Shown piece by piece: positions 59,210 through 64,000 of a stretch of DNA of 64,000 bases. A program made the position numbers and the translations under genes. Location of the stretch: assembly GCF_020745735.1 (NCBI RefSeq), contig NC_083409.1, forward strand, positions 20,532,098 to 20,596,097, in the 5' to 3' direction. Source of the DNA: Hemiscyllium ocellatum. Taxonomy: Eukaryota. The notes under the pieces were generated by a model. It was not told where the DNA came from, did not search any database, and was given only the letters and a program-made list of their open reading frames with translations. The first letter of the stretch is position 1. Each line of letters starts with the position of its first letter.

Positions 59210-59870
59210 TTAATTTTTGGAATGTGGATGTCACTGGCTGTGCGAACATTTATTGGCTAATTCTAATGCGCTTGAGAAGGTGGCTGTGAGCTCCCTTTTT
59301 GAATCACTGCAGTCCATGTAGGGCGACTGGTCGTGCTGTTGGGAGGGAGTTCCAGAATTTTGGCCCAATGACACTTAAGGACAGCTGAAAGATTTTCAAC
59401 TCAAGATGGTAGTAGCTCGGAAGGGAACCTGTAGGTGGCAGTGTTCCTATGAATCTGCTTCCCTTGACTTCGAGATGGTACTGTCATGGGTTTGTAAGAT
59501 CCATGTTGAAGTGTTATGAATTTCTGCAGTGTATCTTGTCGATAGTACACACTACTGCCCTGGGCATTAGTGGTGGAGGGAGTGAATGCAGTCTGCTTTT
59601 TCCAGCTGACGTCAAGCTTCTTGAGTGTTCTTGGAGCTGCACCCAAACCAAGCCAAGTCACGAATAGTCTATTGCATTTCTGACTTGAGGATTGTAGATG
59701 GTGGACAGGCTTCAGGGATTCGGGAGGTGGTTTATTTTTGCAAGATTCATTGCCTCTGACCTTCTCTTGTAGCCACAGTAGTCAGATGGCAAGTCCAGTT
59801 CAATTTCTAGTCAATAGTAACCCCCCAGAATGTTGATGGTGAGGAATTTGGTTATAAAAATGAGTCACTA
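59210..59870 (-). mobile_element. L2/CR1-group LINE fragment
   Basis: Homologous to 400-930 (e.g. tttctgcagtg.atctt.tcgata.tacacact) and to 63690-64000. Confidence 0.6.
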
Positions 59871-60529
59871 GCAGTAAATGATACCGGTTCGTCAGGTTAC
59901 AAAGAAAAGTTGAGCATGGGTTTATTTCTGGGGCTACAGAATGGAGATGTGTTAGATATGTGTAGAACCGTGAACAGATCACCCTTGGAGCACTGCAAAC
60001 AGTTCTGATCCATTGTAATATGGATGTAGAGGCAGTAGGGAATATATTAAAATATTTTCTGGAATTATATCAAAACTGAATTTGAATCCATCAAGCAAGA
60101 TTGGACAGCCTTGTCTTGTTGAAAAAGAGTATCATGGTCGAGGCCATTAAGTTATGTCGGGGTTTGATAGGGTTGACATAGAAAAGATACTTCTGCTTGG
60201 GAATGACACTATCCACTGGAGCTATGGACACAATTATAGTCACTATTACATCCAACAGGGAATTTGCTGGGGAGGAGGTGTTGGGTAGTGGGGAAGGTCT
60301 TTACCCAGAAAGAGGTTTGAGGTCAAAATTACACCACCAGGAATAATTGAAGCAAACAACAGATGAATTCAAGAAGAAGCTGGGAATACAAGTGATCGAA
60401 AAAAAAATATGTTGATGGGTTTAGGTGGAGAGATACAGAAGGAGGCCTATGTAAATCTCAAATACCAAGACTCTGTTTTTGCGTTCTAAAGCTGTGCATG
60501 TGTGTTGATCTGTGACATTTCTATGGCAG

Positions 60530-60690
60530 CAGTGGCAGCAGTAAACAAGACAGCCCATCCGTACCATTCTTGGAGAAAAGCAGAACCTCCCACCATACAA
60601 AGGGAAACAGCTCTATTGAAGAGGTGGTTCAAACAGCAGCTGACAACTCGATCCACAGTGACAGTCTGCCTTCATTACCTGGTGAGAAAG
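60530..60690 (+). pseudogene. CEP350: CEP350-like exon SGSSKQDSPSVP...SSIEEVVQTAADNSIHSDSLPSLPGEK
   Basis: Matches recalled human SGSSRQESPSVP...SSIDEQVQTAADDSLRSDSVPSLPDEK. The donor is GC (aaag|gcgaat), with an alternative same-phase GT donor at 60682. Confidence 0.85.
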
Positions 60691-61149
60691 GCGAATTCTT
60701 TAACCAGAAATGGTGTTTTGTCCTTTCACTGATCTCATGACTTAAATGGGGATTTGTGTCTCTTCAATTAGATGATTCAAATCAACTGTCATGTAAGCAC
60801 TCCTTCTATACCCAAAGGATATGTGGGTCAAATAGTAACATGATGTGCACTAATTTATTTCAAGATTCCTTTATTCAGTCATGTGCTCAAGCTATTCAAT
60901 CCAACCTCCTTGTGTTCCCCTTGGATCTGTGGTTGTGCAGATGGAAACTTCCACATGTCCCCTTAAACAATGTGTGATTCAACATAACAGTTGTGTTGAA
61001 TCAATAATTGTAACCCAACTCTGCTCCTTGGGCAGAAAACTAATCCAAGGATTCTAGCTCAGCCTTTAACTTCATGTTCAAGTTCTAAATCTTTCAGTGA
61101 ACAATGGAAAATAACAAAGAACAATGTAAATCATTTATTGTCTCTCCAG

Positions 61150-61334
61150 ACTCTGCTTCTGTTGCCACTGAGTTCAATGAGTCAATGACTGAGGATGAAA
61201 TTGAAGAGCAATCCTTCCGTCCCCTTCTGCCATCAAAGAGCCATTGCTGCTTTAATATGGGGAAGAAACACAGGCAGCAGGATGATTCTGATGATTCCAT
61301 ACTGCTGGATCAATCGGCTTCAATAGCTGTCAAA
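61150..61334 (+). pseudogene. CEP350: CEP350-like exon DSASVATEFNESMTEDEIEEQSFRPLLPSKSH...AVK
   Basis: Matches recalled human DSTSIATEYSLKFDESMTEDEIEEQSFRSLLPSESH, apart from a 4-residue deletion. Phase 1 to 0. Confidence 0.9.
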
Positions 61335-62254
61335 GTGAGTTCTCCCATGGGTTAGCCAAGGGTGAGTGATGGTGCCAGTTTGTGGGATCTCAGTGCTTGG
61401 AATAGTTGCTCCTCTCCATGTTCTAGGTATCTTGCTATGAGACTCAGATGTAGAGGATGAGGAGCAGATGGGTCAATGAGTATAAGGGAAGTGTTGGGCA
61501 GGGGCTGTTTTTTACAAATGATAATTACCACTCACTAACAATGTGCCCAGAGTTTATAAATATTGAAGAGGAATTAATCTTTTACATTGTTAATCTTTGT
61601 GATCGAGTTACCGTGCAGTGAAGACAAAGATTAATATTTACTGGGATTCCTTGCTCACCTCATCCGGTAAACACAAGCTAAATTTGACTGCTAAGAATGT
61701 CCCTGAATTTACAACTTTCTACTGTCCATTAAAGGCGGTAATAAGATGCAAAAGACAAGCGGCGCTTGCAGAGGAATTTGATTTGAACAAGAGACATTTG
61801 TGCAGATAATAAGAGATATTCTAATTGGAAGGATATGGTTAGTGATATCTTGTATGGATCTATGTTGGAGCCCTAACTACTCGCTATTCATGATGAAAGG
61901 AAAGCCACATTCAAAACTTGGGGCCTCTCTCCAGATTAGCAGCGATCTCGAGTGTAGGTAGATGAAAGCATAAAATAAGAAAACAACCTTGACAGATGAA
62001 GTAAATGAAAAATCTACAGATGAGTTTGTGTTGGCAAGTGAGAGGTTGGATCAAGATAGGATATTTCTTGATTGTGAAAATCAAGAGACAGTGGAGTTCG
62101 AAGAAACTTGATGGGGGTGATCCAGCTGTATGTAGTTCATGAAAATGTCACAAACAGGCTCAAAAAAGTGAACAAGGATCAGTGGAATGTTGACATTTAT
62201 ATCCAAAGAAGTTGCAAAAGCAAAGGATTAGAAGTCATGCTTCAGCAATTCAAA

Positions 62255-62441
62255 GCTGAAAATGTGTTGCTGGAAAAGCGCAGCAGGTCAGGCAGCGTGC
62301 AAGGAACAGGAAATTCGATGTTTCAGGCATAAGCCCTTCATCAGAATTTCCTGTTCCTTGGATGCTGCCTGACCTGCTGCGCTTTTCCAGCAACACATAT
62401 TCAGCTCTGATCTCCAGCATCTGCAGACCTCACTTTCTCCT
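62255..62441. mobile_element. Penelope-derived hairpin insertion (family A)
   Basis: Perfect 15-bp TSD cttcagcaattcaaa at 62240-62254 and 62442-62456, with ~60-nt inverted arms. Minus strand CTGATGA-A-GGGC-TTAT-GCCT-GAAA-CATC at 62317-62344. Confidence 0.8.
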
Positions 62442-63248
62442 CTTCAGCAATTCAAAACCGAATCAGACCAATCCGTCAGGGCTGGGCACCATGGCTTAAG
62501 AAGAGTATCACTCTTAGTGGAAGTGCAATGTAGACTTACTGAAGTGATACTTGGGCTCCGAGGCTTAATTTAAGAAGAGAGATTAAATAGATAACATGTT
62601 AGAGTCAGAACATTGAGGTGTGATATTGTGGAACACTTTTACACACAGAAATGGATGAAGTTTGAAACTCCCTTCTACAAACCGTGATTGATTTGAAATC
62701 AGTTACAAATTTTAAATCTGAGATTGGTAGATTTTTAACCAAAATGCTGAAGGATTGTGGGACAAAGACAGGGATTTGTCATGATGTTGAAGATTACCAT
62801 GATTTGGGTGAATGGTAGAATAGGCTCAAGAAGCTAAGTAGCCACCTCCTGGCTAATGTTGATGTAACCATGACACCTTTATTCTCTGTATGTGCAACTC
62901 CTATTCTGTTTTTGGTTATTTATCAGAACCTGGCAGCAAATTAGTAACTGGAGTCTTGACCAGAAAATTATCAGTATGAGGGACTTTGCAAGTCTTAATG
63001 TGTTTCACAGATGATGAAATGAGACAGCCAGCATTTACTCATCCTGATAAATATTGGGATAGTTTGATGGGATCACTTGTGATGCAGCATGATTGGCATA
63101 TCTGATGATGCTCCAACTACTTTTAATTGTTGTTGTTGTCTGCACTCAGTCCTGAGGTTTTGTGGATTGCAGGACAAGTTTTGCTTGGGTCAGGGGAAGC
63201 AGATCACCTCACTCTGTACTGTTTGTCCTCCTGTCTTTCACTGTTCAG

Positions 63249-63436
63249 CATGATTTGAGCATGTCCTTCTCTGGAGGTCAAGACAGTTTCTGTAAATTCA
63301 CCATGGAGATGGTGCGACAATACGTGGAGGAGGAGGAGACGCGTGCACAGCACCAGGTGTCCCTCCTCAAACTGAGAGAACAAGCCATGCAGGAAAAGAC
63401 CAAAGCAGAGCTGGCCTGGTTGGAACACCAGAAAAA
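63249..63436 (+). pseudogene. CEP350: CEP350-like exon ...FSGGQDSFCKFTMEMVRQYVEEEETRAQHQVSLLKLREQAMQEKTKAELAWLEHQK
   Basis: Near-identical to recalled human FSGGQDSFSKFTMEMVRQYMKEEEMRAAHQSSLLRLREKALKEKTKAELAWLEHQKK. Boundaries ttcag|...|gtgagt. Confidence 0.93.
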
Positions 63437-64000
63437 GTGAGTAGCTGACCTATGCAGTGATGGTAAGCTGAATAGCCTTTCAAAAATGCAATGTAAGAAT
63501 GTGCAGATCCTTCCAGTAATCCTTTCCGGAGAAGGGGGAAAGCTAGTGTCTACTCTCATTGCAGTGAGGCTGTTGTGCAGAAGCTAGGTATTCACGTCAT
63601 CTTTCCCCTTATCACTGTTTGAATTGAGTAGAATGAAGCCAATTTTGATTTTTGTTTCAAATTTTTAAGTTTGTTCTTTGAACTTGGGATGTTTGCGGTA
63701 ATGCTGGTATTTATTTGCTATCCCTCATTCTCGGAATGGTCATGGTGTTGAGCTGCCTTGAGCCACTGCAGTCTGCTTAGTCAATATAAATGTATCAACT
63801 CGCAAGTGCTGTTAGGTTTGGAGTTCAAGGCTCTGGAATAGATTGTTCCAAGACTGTTGTCCTCACCCACAGGTCAGGATTTTAAACAAATAATTTCATT
63901 AGACTTCTTCGCTGCTGTTAAGGCCAGTATTGTTGTCCATCCTTCATTGCACTTGGGAAGGTGATAGTGAGCCATTTCCTCAAACATCTGCAGTTCACCT

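Overview
Eukaryotic, repeat-rich genomic DNA from a cartilaginous fish. It carries HE1-type shark SINEs, and the Ig sequence closely resembles nurse-shark NS4/kappa as I recall it. There are no prokaryotic features, CRISPR arrays, rRNA or true tRNA genes. Four things dominate. (1) A single-cluster kappa-type immunoglobulin light-chain gene on + (promoter ~4488-4584, leader 4645-4693, an already-joined in-frame VJ exon 4880-5212, an 11.5-kb TE-filled intron, C exon 16731-17058, polyA signal 17588). It has two apparent lesions: the leader-intron acceptor reads AA instead of AG, and there is a 1-nt deletion in C. An inverted remnant of a second C exon plus 3'UTR lies at 28240-29033, with a candidate enhancer and a CTCF site between the two C copies. 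(2) A decayed Tx1-clade LINE (31840-36654) fused to a second, ORF1-only Tx1 derivative (36651-37985). (3) A disabled, internally deleted copy of CEP350 (about 45.8 kb to the window end) whose first coding exon is tandemly duplicated. (4) Many short hairpin-shaped Penelope-derived insertions with target-site duplications and minimal hammerhead-ribozyme motifs, plus two longer Penelope-like fragments, CR1/L2 LINE fragments, SINEs, MITEs and minisatellites. An assembly gap lies at 45032-45219. Protein identifications come from my recall of homologous sequences, not from a database search. TE boundaries are approximate.
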